A stretch of DNA of 64,000 nt. Origin: Bacteroidia bacterium. Lineage in GTDB: Bacteria; Bacteroidota; Bacteroidia; UBA4408. The translations under genes were made by a program, and so were the position numbers. The notes beneath the pieces were generated by a model. It was not told where the DNA came from, did not search any database, and saw only the letters and a list, made by a program, of their open reading frames with translations. Within the stretch, counting starts at the first letter, position 1. Each line of letters starts with the position of its first letter. The DNA is taken from NCBI GenBank assembly GCA_035438985.1, contig DAORJK010000013.1, positions 23,416 through 87,415 of the forward strand, in the 5' to 3' direction. Positions 16,979 to 26,320 of the stretch are shown here, piece after piece.

Positions 16979-19900
16979 TTTCTGTTTATTTTGCTTTCCA
17001 ATTCGATTATTCTTTTGTTTTGCTGTATTATATACAATGTTAGCTCCTCGACCTTTTGCAATAATTTTGTTTCAATAATTGCTACATCTATACCATTTTT
17101 CTCAACTTCAGATGTGGTTGGGATTCCGGGTAAGTGTTTGTTGTTAGCTATAAATGACTCCAATTCATCAATAGATCTAAGATTGTAATCAGAATCGAAT
17201 ACCACATCTTGCCAATGTGCCGAAGTTCCAAGAGCGATTTTCAATTTTTCCGTGATTATTCCTCCAGTCACATACAAATTATAATCACCTGGGTAGGATG
17301 TCGGATTTCCAATACCAACCTTTCCATTTGAATTTATTGTCATGAGATTGGGGTTTAAAACACCTGGATCGCTATTTATAAAATTGAAAGACGCGTTGCT
17401 TTGCCAACCGTGAATGTAAAAGTTAAATTTTCCAGAAGGATCATTGTCTATTGTAATTCCTCTTCTTGATGGCTTTGCATTATCACTCAGAAGTATTTCA
17501 AAACTATTTATTGAATTGTCACTTAAAAATTGGACATCGCCATTCACTGTCAATTTTTTGGTTGGTAAATTTGTTCCAATACCAATATTACCTGAAAGAT
17601 ATGTATTACCATTATCAATAAGTGGAGTGATAAATAATGCGGGTTGTATAGGATTTCCAAAAATTGTATTTCCATCTGACTTTATTGAAAAAACTTCATT
17701 AGAAGTGTTATTCATATTTAAAAACCCGCTAATTATTTTTGTGCTCATAGCACTTGAAATAAGTAGTGTATTAAAATTGGGGTCAGAAGTAGTTGTTACT
17801 TTTAAGCCTTCTTCTCCTGTTGGTGCTACTACATCGAGGAATGCTCCAGGATTATTAAGGCCTATACCAACCCTACCCACTTGACGAAAAACACCTGATC
17901 CATTGGTTTCCCATAAACCTAAACTGTTGAATGAAGAAGTAGAAACTTTACTTAATTTTCCATCACTATCAGCCTGTATCAAGTTAAATACACTAGAATT
18001 ATTATTCAAACTTGAAATTCGAATATCCCCTTCAACATCTAATTTTGCTTGAGGATTGTTTGTGCCAATACCAACATTGGCATTTAAATATTGAAATGTT
18101 CCCCCATCAATAATTGGTTTAATATAAAAAGCTGGATTGGTTGGGTTTCCAAAATATGTCTCACCATCTCCCTTTATTGAGAATACATCTTGATACCACC
18201 CCCCTGTATTAAGTAATGTACCTTTTAGGATTTTTGTTTCACTCATTCCTACTTGAAGAAGTGTATTATATTCAGGATCTACATCACCAGGAGTTGTGCC
18301 TGTCAACGTCGAAACCAACATTCCATTTTTTGAAGTTCCTCTTATATTGACTGCAATTCCTATATCTCTAGGATAAGGATGTCCTACTTCAAAATTATTT
18401 CCGGTACTAACTACCCCGCCAGCAGCAGGATTAGCACAAATTGCCACATCCCTTCCACAAAAATAATTGATTAAAAGTCCATTAGAGGTTCCTCCATTAT
18501 TATCAGTCCCTTCAACTTCAATTAGTCCATCTCCATTCCAAGGAGCAGAACCAAAAATTAAAGCAGCATTTGTACTTCCTACTGGGTTATCAGGTTTTGA
18601 AGCCATAAATCCATTAAAAGAATAGATTGGATCAGGATTTACTCCATTAAAATTTGGAGCAAAGCATAATGGGATCGGCGCTGGATCAGCTTGACCAAAG
18701 CGTACAAACGATTCTCCAGTTGATGTGGAACTATATAAAATTTTTAAAGTTTGTGCAGCATTAAGTGCAATACCACCCTTAGCAGTTAAAAGTTTTTCAA
18801 ATCTTGTTCCACTCGTATCGAAACGCATTGTTTCAATATTCATTCTTTTAAAAACCAAATCCTTATTATCACTTGTTCCTATGAATTGAGTTGCAGGGTT
18901 GGTTCCTGTATTCCCATTCATTGTCCAATCTTCACGTTCTGGAGCAGTAAGAATAGCCGTTTTTTCAGTAATACAACCAGCAGCGTCAGTTATAACTACT
19001 AAGTAAACTCCAGCCCCTAGGTTATTTGGGTTTTGTACGCTTGCTCCATTATTCCAAGCATACGTGTAAGGTGGAGTTCCGCTTGTTATATTAATATTAA
19101 TACTTCCATTTGTGCATGTATTACATGAAGTATTTTTAGAATTTGGAAAGACAAACGCAGTAGCATTGGCAGAAACTTCTGGTGCTCTAGTTAAAGTAAT
19201 ATTTGTTCTAATTTCTGACCCATTTTCATCTCTAATTAGCACAGCATAATCGCCAGCTTCTGTAATTTCATTTAAATTTTGAGTATTGGGCCCATGTTCC
19301 CATTCAAAAGTGTAAGGTGGCGTTCCTCCTGCAACATTTACATTAATTGATCCTGGTAAGTTACATCCAATATTATAATTGCCAACAACAGTTGGACTTG
19401 AAATACTAACGAGTTGAAAAACTGTCGGTTCTATAAGAGTTACACTTGCTGTTGTAGTGCAATTTGTAGCATCATGAACAGTTAATGAATAAGGACCAGC
19501 AGTAAGGTCAGTTATTCTATCGATTGTAGAACCACCATTACTCCATAGATAAGAATAGGGTGGTACACCTCCCAATACTTCTGCTACAATTATCCCATTA
19601 TTCCCACCATTCTCAGAAATATGATATCCTCCTTCATACTCTGTAGGACTTAATATAACTTGAAATACATCAGGTTGAGTGAGTGTAATCTCTCTAGTTA
19701 CACTTAAACCATTTGAAGATGTAACAACCACTCGATAATACCCTGCTGCTAAATTGCTTCTATTTCTAACCGTTGGCCCATCTAACCAAACATAAGTATA
19801 TGGAGCAGTTCCTCCAGAAATAAATAAATTTATCGAACCATTGTTTGTCCCATTGCAGCTAATGTTATAACCACCTGCATAGAGGGATGGTGTGAGTTGC

Positions 19901-19986
19901 ACATCAAATTCTTCGGCTTTAACTAAAGTAATAGTTGTAAAATAAAGCAGAAGAAAACATCTAAAAATCATGGATAATTTTTTCAT
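16975..19986 (-). CDS. Large secreted adhesin-like protein with SprB-type repeats and a tail-fibre-like, coiled-coil C-terminus
   Basis: Signal peptide present. At least five N-terminal repeats of the type C.G..NGSI...V.GG.PPY.Y.W. These are followed by repeated VGIGT..P...L.V.G motifs. The C-terminal ...NKHLPGIPTTSEVEKNGIDVAIIETKLLQKVEELTLYIIQQNKRIIELESK replaces a T9SS CTD. Confidence 0.7.
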   Translation of the reverse strand: MKKLSMIFRCFLLLYFTTITLVKAEEFDVQLTPSLYAGGYNISCNGTNNGSINLFISGGTAPYTYVWLDGPTVRNRSNLAAGYYRVVVTSSNGLSVTREITLTQPDVFQVILSPTEYEGGYHISENGGNNGIIVAEVLGGVPPYSYLWSNGGSTIDRITDLTAGPYSLTVHDATNCTTTASVTLIEPTVFQLVSISSPTVVGNYNIGCNLPGSINVNVAGGTPPYTFEWEHGPNTQNLNEITEAGDYAVLIRDENGSEIRTNITLTRAPEVSANATAFVFPNSKNTSCNTCTNGSININITSGTPPYTYAWNNGASVQNPNNLGAGVYLVVITDAAGCITEKTAILTAPEREDWTMNGNTGTNPATQFIGTSDNKDLVFKRMNIETMRFDTSGTRFEKLLTAKGGIALNAAQTLKILYSSTSTGESFVRFGQADPAPIPLCFAPNFNGVNPDPIYSFNGFMASKPDNPVGSTNAALIFGSAPWNGDGLIEVEGTDNNGGTSNGLLINYFCGRDVAICANPAAGGVVSTGNNFEVGHPYPRDIGIAVNIRGTSKNGMLVSTLTGTTPGDVDPEYNTLLQVGMSETKILKGTLLNTGGWYQDVFSIKGDGETYFGNPTNPAFYIKPIIDGGTFQYLNANVGIGTNNPQAKLDVEGDIRISSLNNNSSVFNLIQADSDGKLSKVSTSSFNSLGLWETNGSGVFRQVGRVGIGLNNPGAFLDVVAPTGEEGLKVTTTSDPNFNTLLISSAMSTKIISGFLNMNNTSNEVFSIKSDGNTIFGNPIQPALFITPLIDNGNTYLSGNIGIGTNLPTKKLTVNGDVQFLSDNSINSFEILLSDNAKPSRRGITIDNDPSGKFNFYIHGWQSNASFNFINSDPGVLNPNLMTINSNGKVGIGNPTSYPGDYNLYVTGGIITEKLKIALGTSAHWQDVVFDSDYNLRSIDELESFIANNKHLPGIPTTSEVEKNGIDVAIIETKLLQKVEELTLYIIQQNKRIIELESKINRK

Positions 19987-20469
19987 CGAATTGGGATTAT
20001 GGTTTTTACAATATTTACAGTAAATATTAGGACAATGTTGGGTACTTAATTTTTCAATGTCAATAGTCTATTAGGTTGATTTTGTTGTTAATAATTCTTG
20101 AATTGCTAATGAATTGATTCCAGTTATCGTAAAAATGGATGAATTTGCAATTGTTTGAAAGTATTGACTAGATTTAAATTTATAAGCTGAAACAAAAAAC
20201 ACTTGTGAATAGCAATTTTTACGAAAAAATTTGAACATATAGCTTGGTTGTTTATTGGTCAAACATTCCAGCCTTTCATTTTTTCACACAATGAAGTATG
20301 CGAAAATCCAACAGAACTCAAACTAACAAAATAAAATTTGTTAAAACAAGTTAATTTTATTTCATCGACTACAAAGCACTGTATGTCTGTTAAATAGTTT
20401 TTTTTATCGATGGCTTTATAGGTTAGTTCATCAAACAATTTTCAATTCAATTATAAAAAGTAAATAAAA

Positions 20470-21468
20470 CTACCTTACCAAACTTTCTTTCGTTTTCACA
20501 TTTCTGGTTCGTGTCTTGGTTAACTCGTCCTTTTTTTTTGTAATTTCTTCAACTTTAGGTATTGAGGTAACAAAAACATTTTTGATTTCTTTTTCAATCG
20601 TTCTTTCATTTAAAATATAATCCACAGCCTTTTGCGCTTGCCCACTAGCATGAACAATAAATTTCTTGTCTTTCTTTAATTTTTCAAGCCAGTGTTGTAT
20701 GTATGCAATGTTATCCTCAAAGTTTTGATGTGGTATTCCAGTATAAGATTTAAGATATGATGCGCCCATTTCAGCGGTAAGTTCTTCAATAGCATAATCC
20801 CTTGTTTGTGGGCCTTTTTGTTCAAGTAATTCCTTTCTGTTAAGCCTTTCACTGTGTCCGGTTGCGTGAACCAATTCATGGAAAAGTGTTCCGTAATATC
20901 TTTCAATACTAACAAAAGAATCAAGCTTTGGCATATTCACATAGTCTTCTCCTGTGTGGTAAAACGCTCTTTGTTCATTGTGCTGAATGATTGGTTTCTT
21001 CGGCATTTCATTGATAACTTTTTCACACGCTTCAATTGGATTGTTCTGTCTTTCTTCCTTAACTGGTAATTTTTCTTTTGGTATTCCTGTGCATTGATCA
21101 ATATTAAAAACTGTATAGTACTTGAGTAATGGAGTTTTCTTAACCTCTTTTGTTTTTTCATCTTCCTTTTCAAGCCACTTCCAAAAAACCACTAGTTGTG
21201 ACTTTTCTCCTTTCTTTACAGAGCCTCCCAATTCTTTAATTTGATTGAAAGTCAGGAAATAGTTTTGGGAATAATTCAATGAATTTAATAGCCAAACGTT
21301 GATTCCTTTGTAAGGCTTCTTAGAAACTAAATTTCTTGGTAATCCTGAATCTGTCCATGGTTGTTGCCATGGAACAATTTTCTTTTCAAGTTTTTCTATG
21401 ATGTGATTGGTAACTATTTGATATATATCTTTAGTTGTGTTTGGTTGATTTTGTTGAGTATTAGTCAT
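20470..21468 (-). CDS. ardC: ArdC-like antirestriction protein (N-terminal ssDNA-binding DUF1738 plus C-terminal zincin)
   Basis: N-terminal ...VPWQQPW...PYKGINVWLL... and C-terminal HELVHATGH HExxH motif. Confidence 0.75.
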   Translation of the reverse strand: MTNTQQNQPNTTKDIYQIVTNHIIEKLEKKIVPWQQPWTDSGLPRNLVSKKPYKGINVWLLNSLNYSQNYFLTFNQIKELGGSVKKGEKSQLVVFWKWLEKEDEKTKEVKKTPLLKYYTVFNIDQCTGIPKEKLPVKEERQNNPIEACEKVINEMPKKPIIQHNEQRAFYHTGEDYVNMPKLDSFVSIERYYGTLFHELVHATGHSERLNRKELLEQKGPQTRDYAIEELTAEMGASYLKSYTGIPHQNFEDNIAYIQHWLEKLKKDKKFIVHASGQAQKAVDYILNERTIEKEIKNVFVTSIPKVEEITKKKDELTKTRTRNVKTKESLVR

Positions 21469-21479
21469 AATTTTAAATA

Positions 21480-22325
21480 TTAACGATTAATGTTTCGCAC
21501 TCTGTCTTTAGAGTTGCCTCTTAATTCCCTTAATTCCTTTTGCTTGTTGTGTATGATGTTTAGCATTTCAATTCTGTCCTCTGTAAACCCAATTCGGTTG
21601 AATCGAAATTTGTTTCTTCCAAAGATTATTCCTGTTGTTTTTCCTCCTCTGTCGTAGGTTTTCAGACCGCATTCATTTAGTAATTGATAAAAAGTATCTC
21701 TTGAATTCGCTTTCTTGTAGCAAGTTTTGAGCATTCCAATTACTTGCTCCTTTTCTGTATCTCTTCCAGTTCTTAACTTGTAGTTATATTCCCTATCGCT
21801 AGCTTTTCCCCTTTCTCTTTTACCATGCGCAACAATTGATTTTGATAATTCCGGAAAATGTTCAATCTGATAATTCTGAATTTCTTTCTTAAGTTTTCCA
21901 AAATCTGATTTGGACATTCGCATTGCTTTTCCTGCTCTGTATTCGACACCGGAAGCGCAGATATGAATGTGGTAATGTTCTTTGTCGAAGTGTGGAACTG
22001 CAATATACATTCCTTTGGGATTTCTTTTCTGAATGTATTCCCTTGCCATTTCCTGCATCTTGTCTAAGGAAATGTTCTTTGCATCATCTCTGTGCCAAGA
22101 GAGTATCTCATGGGTGAGAATTACAGAATCCTTTCTTTTTCGTAAACGATGTGTTTCATTTTCTTTAAACTGGTTCACCCATTTTTCAATATCATCTCCT
22201 TTTAAATTGTGTGTCAGAACAAAGCTTTTATCCTTTTCATCAAATAGTCGAGCATTGTCATGGAGCATATACTCCAGTAGTTTCTTAAAGCTTGGTCGCT
22301 TAAAGGATTTTACTTTGACAATCAT
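21480..22325 (-). CDS. Relaxase / mobilization nuclease (MobA/VirD2-type)
   Basis: The N-terminal ...FKKLLEYMLHD is a catalytic Tyr region, and PHFDKEHYHIHI is the His triad (H.D...H.H). The ATG at 22325 is preferred over the ORF-track start at 22334. Confidence 0.8.
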   Translation of the reverse strand: MIVKVKSFKRPSFKKLLEYMLHDNARLFDEKDKSFVLTHNLKGDDIEKWVNQFKENETHRLRKRKDSVILTHEILSWHRDDAKNISLDKMQEMAREYIQKRNPKGMYIAVPHFDKEHYHIHICASGVEYRAGKAMRMSKSDFGKLKKEIQNYQIEHFPELSKSIVAHGKRERGKASDREYNYKLRTGRDTEKEQVIGMLKTCYKKANSRDTFYQLLNECGLKTYDRGGKTTGIIFGRNKFRFNRIGFTEDRIEMLNIIHNKQKELRELRGNSKDRVRNINR

Positions 22326-22803
22326 TTTGAGCAAGTGGTGGGTTTCTAAAAACCTGATTTAATTTTTCTTCTAATCGAATAATTATTTTCTCAATGCTCT
22401 CAAACTTCTGATCTCGCTCCCAATGATATTTCTCCCTCGTTTTTACAATGCTCTGAATCTGATTTAAACATTCTGAAAGGATTTGCTCTAAATGCACAAT
22501 TTGTTCTGAATTTGGAACGATATAGCTTTGGTTGAGGTAAGACATTACAGCGGAGCGAATAAAGGCGGTAATTGTCATTTTATGCCTATTCGCTGCATGC
22601 TCAACTTTACTGTATTCACCATTCTCATTTGAGAAGTTGACCGTAAACTCCGGTTTATGATTGCGCTGATTCTGCTTGTATTTCAAAAGGTACTCCTTGC
22701 GGTAAGCAAGTTTTGCTGCCTTTATTTCCGCATCAGTTCCCTTTTCAAGAACTCCCGTTGCTTCTAAATATTCCCACAGTCCGTTATTGTTCCTTTTGCT
22801 CAT
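22300..22803 (-). CDS. MobC-like relaxosome accessory protein
   Basis: EFTVNFSNENGEYSKVEHAANRHKMTITAFIRSAVMSYL is an RHH-like segment, followed by LEQILSECLNQIQSIV (compare the MobC 'NLNQIAR' motif). It overlaps both neighbouring genes. Confidence 0.6.
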   Translation of the reverse strand: MSKRNNNGLWEYLEATGVLEKGTDAEIKAAKLAYRKEYLLKYKQNQRNHKPEFTVNFSNENGEYSKVEHAANRHKMTITAFIRSAVMSYLNQSYIVPNSEQIVHLEQILSECLNQIQSIVKTREKYHWERDQKFESIEKIIIRLEEKLNQVFRNPPLAQNDCQSKIL

Positions 22804-24241
22804 TTGCTTTTTGCTTTAGGGGTAAAACGGGAATGCTTTCAGTTGCTAGTTGGCCGATAATCTCTGGTGCTTCGATGTTGCTGTAGTCTTTAAATTTCGA
22901 TTGTCGGTAGTAAGGTTTAAGTCTCGCCAATATGGGTTGATGATGTCCACAAATTAGAATTGCTTGAGTATCTTTCATGGTTCTGATTTCATCATTTGTC
23001 ATGAGTGGTCGAACTACAGTTCTTTCCTTTTCATCTTTGTATTCATACCTTCCTAATGTTTGTTCCAATTCCTTTGCTGTTTCTAAGGATGTTCCGGTGA
23101 AATACATTTTTGCAAAACAGTTGGATTTAATTGCATCTGCATTGTTTTTTCCATAGTGATTTACCAGTTGATTAAAATCTTGTACCAAGAGCATGATTCC
23201 TGAGCGGTGCTTTCTGACATTGGCAACTGCTAATGATAGCGTTGGAAGGTAGAGTGATGATGCTTCATCAATTAGCAAGAAAATATCCTTCTCACTCTCT
23301 GAGGGAAAGCGTGAAAGAAGGAAAGCAAAGAATTGTTCGAAGAAAAGTGAGGTTAATACAGAGTAATATTTTTGGTCTGCTACCGAATTTTGTATGAACA
23401 ATGCTGTTGGTTTGTTTCTAAACTCAATTAGGTCAAGATTGTCTGTTGATGTAACTTTTGCAATAGATTCATCATTGAAAAGTTGAAGCGCAGCTTTGCA
23501 AGTGGCAATGACTCCACTTACAACTTTGTCATCATAAGCGATAAAGGATTTGTATTCTGCAAACAGAATTTCATCTGCATGTTCTGAAAACAAGGCATCT
23601 ACTGATTCTGGATTCCCTCCTAATCTGTTTAAGAGTTGCCTTACATTGTAAAGATTCTGAAATTCTGGTGCTTGCTTTTTTAGGATAGTGATAAGCATGG
23701 CAAGCAATGATGTTGCCTGAGAATTCCAAAATGGATCTTTGCTTTTTCCTCCTAATGCATTTTCAATTAAGAGAGAAGCAACCTTCTGAATATCCGATGA
23801 GCTTTGCGCTCTGACAAGTGGATTGTAACCCGAAGAATTATTCGGATTAGAAAAGTTCAGTACTTTGATTTCATGGCCTTTCTGCTTTAAATATCCTGCA
23901 CTTTTTGAAAAAAGCTCACCCGAAGGATCGTGAATGACAAAACTTCCCTTCATTGTGTATAGTGATGGAAAGAGCACCACGCTTGATTTTCCAGTACCAG
24001 TTCCTCCAATTATGAGTGAATTCTGATACGAATTTTTAACTGATAAATTTCTTCTTCCTGTGAGACAGAAGCCATATTCTCTGCTTGATAGCAGAGTTCT
24101 AGCACTTACAAATTCCGCATTGTAGCTATCCTTCTTTTTAGGAATAGCAGTCCAAGCGAATTGTATAAACTCGAAGATTCCTTTGAAAATACTTTCTAGA
24201 AGTTTTATGAAGAGTATGAGGAGTTGTTCTATGATTTTCAT
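22784..24241 (-). CDS. Type IV secretion coupling protein (TraG/VirD4-like)
   Basis: Walker A IIGGTGTGKSS, Walker B FLLIDEAS, and an N-terminal hydrophobic segment. Confidence 0.85.
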   Translation of the reverse strand: MKIIEQLLILFIKLLESIFKGIFEFIQFAWTAIPKKKDSYNAEFVSARTLLSSREYGFCLTGRRNLSVKNSYQNSLIIGGTGTGKSSVVLFPSLYTMKGSFVIHDPSGELFSKSAGYLKQKGHEIKVLNFSNPNNSSGYNPLVRAQSSSDIQKVASLLIENALGGKSKDPFWNSQATSLLAMLITILKKQAPEFQNLYNVRQLLNRLGGNPESVDALFSEHADEILFAEYKSFIAYDDKVVSGVIATCKAALQLFNDESIAKVTSTDNLDLIEFRNKPTALFIQNSVADQKYYSVLTSLFFEQFFAFLLSRFPSESEKDIFLLIDEASSLYLPTLSLAVANVRKHRSGIMLLVQDFNQLVNHYGKNNADAIKSNCFAKMYFTGTSLETAKELEQTLGRYEYKDEKERTVVRPLMTNDEIRTMKDTQAILICGHHQPILARLKPYYRQSKFKDYSNIEAPEIIGQLATESIPVLPLKQKANEQKEQ

Positions 24242-24402
24242 TTTGTTTAGGGATTAGTGTTTGTTAATGAATGATTGAAGAAATACATTGATTTGTTGTA
24301 AGATGAGTTCTGCCAGTCGGCAGCAACCCCACAACACAAGCAAGATTAGCTTCCCTATAAATTTCAGAAAAGTCCAAATTGAATTGCCCATGCTTTCCAG
24401 TA

Positions 24403-25116
24403 TTAAAAATTAAGATTTGCAGATATTGTCACTTTCGCTCCTTTGCTCTCAAGTAGTTTCTTGTAGAATTCCGAAATGATTAGAAAACGCGCATCGCTTT
24501 TAAGGTCCTTGGGTTGGTATATGAAATAAATTTCAACACCACTTAGCGGACTTATTAAAAGCTCCTTTTCAAATCTTTTCTGTAATGAATATGGTTGATT
24601 TTTCACTAGTTCAAAATCTTCTTTTCGATAGAATGAAAACTCTGGAGTATTTTCCATCAAATCGCTATACACCACTAAAATTTTTCTATCTGACTTGCTT
24701 TGACTTAGTTGATTTAGTTCTCTTACTATTGGTAAATAGATCGAAGAATTTTCCTTCTCAACTGAATCACTTGGAATTTCAGACAACTTCGATTCAATTG
24801 CAATTTTGAACTTCTTGATTTCACCTTGTCTTTCCATTTCATTTGAAAGCCATTTATTTTGCGGTTCAATCTTTACTTGGCTTCTTTGGTTATAGCTTAC
24901 ATCGCTCAAGTTCTGAAACTTGAAGATGGCTCCATTTAAAGGGTTTTCAGTTAACCCGAAGAGATTAAATATCTCTTCGGGTTTGGGTTGCTCTATTATG
25001 GAATCGGTAACATCTCTTGCTATGACAAGCTCTGTTGTTGTGTTTCTTTCAGAAACACACCCAACGAGCAAAATAATTAGCAAAAGAATTCCTGTCGTTT
25101 TTAGTATTGTGTTCAT
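24403..25116 (-). CDS. Lipoprotein, unknown function
   Basis: The start at 25116 (MNTILKTTGILLLIILLVGC lipobox) is preferred. It lies 5 nt after the upstream stop. Confidence 0.5.
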   Translation of the reverse strand: MNTILKTTGILLLIILLVGCVSERNTTTELVIARDVTDSIIEQPKPEEIFNLFGLTENPLNGAIFKFQNLSDVSYNQRSQVKIEPQNKWLSNEMERQGEIKKFKIAIESKLSEIPSDSVEKENSSIYLPIVRELNQLSQSKSDRKILVVYSDLMENTPEFSFYRKEDFELVKNQPYSLQKRFEKELLISPLSGVEIYFIYQPKDLKSDARFLIISEFYKKLLESKGAKVTISANLNF

Positions 25117-25120
25117 GTTT

Positions 25121-26188
25121 TTAGTAGTTAAAGTTTGTAAATGAAATATCTTTAATGTCGGGTTGAGGAAGGACATCCGAAAAACAATCAGGAATGATTC
25201 CATCTTTTCTGTAAGTCCGATTGGTTGCTTTATATAGCTCAATTGTTTCGAAATACATTTTGCGAAGTCTGTCCATGAGTGAATTGTAGTAGGACTTCAT
25301 TCGATAGCAATCCTTTTGATTTTCCTGTCTCTCTTCATCAATTTTCTGTCTTTCAATATGAATTTGCTTTACTTCCTTTTCCAAGTTTTCAATCTCCTTT
25401 AAAATCTTGCTTCTGTTTGTTTGCTCTTTCAACTCTGCCCATGTTGGAAGCATGAAGAAGGAAACTAGTGAAGACACTACAAAAAAGAACAGATTGAACA
25501 AAGTGAAGATTAAGGGACTTAAGTGCACGTCATGATTAGCTAAATAATCAGTTCGCAAAATTGCCATCACCCAAAATACTAATGAAGCTAATGCAAGTGA
25601 GCCCCAAATGAGTAATCTTCTTTGTAAAGTTGTTTTAGCAATCTTGTAGAGAAAAGGTACAAGGTGAGAGAAAATAAAAACGCTAAAAGAAACTATTACT
25701 GAAAGGAAGAGTGAGAAAAGAAAGCTCTCTCCTGTAACTTGAAACGATTTACTGTTGTAAATTATTTCGCCAAGATTGATTATGAAGGTAATGAGTAATG
25801 TAAACCATATTCTTTTAATTACACTTCCTTCCTCCTTCTTATCATTCGCATATTTTAGGTTCTTTATCTGTCCTAATTTTTCCTGAGTTAGTATTGCAAG
25901 GTTGTTGTCCTTTTCCTTTAGTGAAATCTCTTCTATTTGCGCTTCCTCAAAATATGAGTGTGGTTGCACATAGTGATAGATTTCGGAAGCCTCCATTTCA
26001 TAGCCAGTTCTTAATTCTCCTGTGAAATGTTCCAATATCTCTTTTGTTGCGAGTGGTCGATTTTCCTGCGCATGATGCATGGCATTTTTGACAGCCAATT
26101 CTTTGATTTGCTTGTCCTTTTTTTGGATTTGATTTTCTAGGGTCTGGTCAACAGAATTCCCAGAAGCAATTATTTTTGCCTTTTTCAT
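25121..26188 (-). CDS. Membrane protein with about four TM helices flanked by coiled-coil-like segments
   Basis: Central hydrophobic stretches (WFTLLITFIINL, FLFSLFLSVIVSFSVFIF, LIWGSLALASLVFWVMAIL, LIFTLFNLFFFVVSSLVSFFML) are flanked by K/E/Q-rich heptad-like regions. Confidence 0.55.
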   Translation of the reverse strand: MKKAKIIASGNSVDQTLENQIQKKDKQIKELAVKNAMHHAQENRPLATKEILEHFTGELRTGYEMEASEIYHYVQPHSYFEEAQIEEISLKEKDNNLAILTQEKLGQIKNLKYANDKKEEGSVIKRIWFTLLITFIINLGEIIYNSKSFQVTGESFLFSLFLSVIVSFSVFIFSHLVPFLYKIAKTTLQRRLLIWGSLALASLVFWVMAILRTDYLANHDVHLSPLIFTLFNLFFFVVSSLVSFFMLPTWAELKEQTNRSKILKEIENLEKEVKQIHIERQKIDEERQENQKDCYRMKSYYNSLMDRLRKMYFETIELYKATNRTYRKDGIIPDCFSDVLPQPDIKDISFTNFNY

Positions 26189-26232
26189 AGTATTAAATTT
26201 TTAAGATTTGTAATGATTTTTATTAAAAAACG

Positions 26233-26264
26233 GAGTGCACTTGGAGTGCACATCTAGAGTGCAC
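26233..26264 (+). repeat. Three direct copies of GAGTGCAC
   Basis: Copies at 26233-26240, 26244-26251 and 26257-26264, spaced 11 and 13 bp apart. They lie between the start of the 25121..26188 gene and the tRNA-Leu fragment. Confidence 0.8.
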
Positions 26265-26320
26265 AATTGTTGCATTTTGTGCAAAAATGTACGGTAGGCG
26301 ACCTTGACTTTATTGGTATT

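Larger units (their letters stand above)
20470..24241 (-). mobile_element. Mobilization module of an integrative mobilizable/conjugative element (T4CP-MobC-relaxase-ArdC)
   Basis: Four consecutive minus-strand genes with overlapping or tight junctions. See the individual CDS entries. Confidence 0.7.

Noticed and set aside
24242-24402. An oriT upstream of the mobilization operon, for example the small hairpin CTGCC-AGTC-GGCAG.
   Set aside because: The inverted repeat is only 5 bp and I recognise no nick-site consensus. This is not enough to call an oriT.
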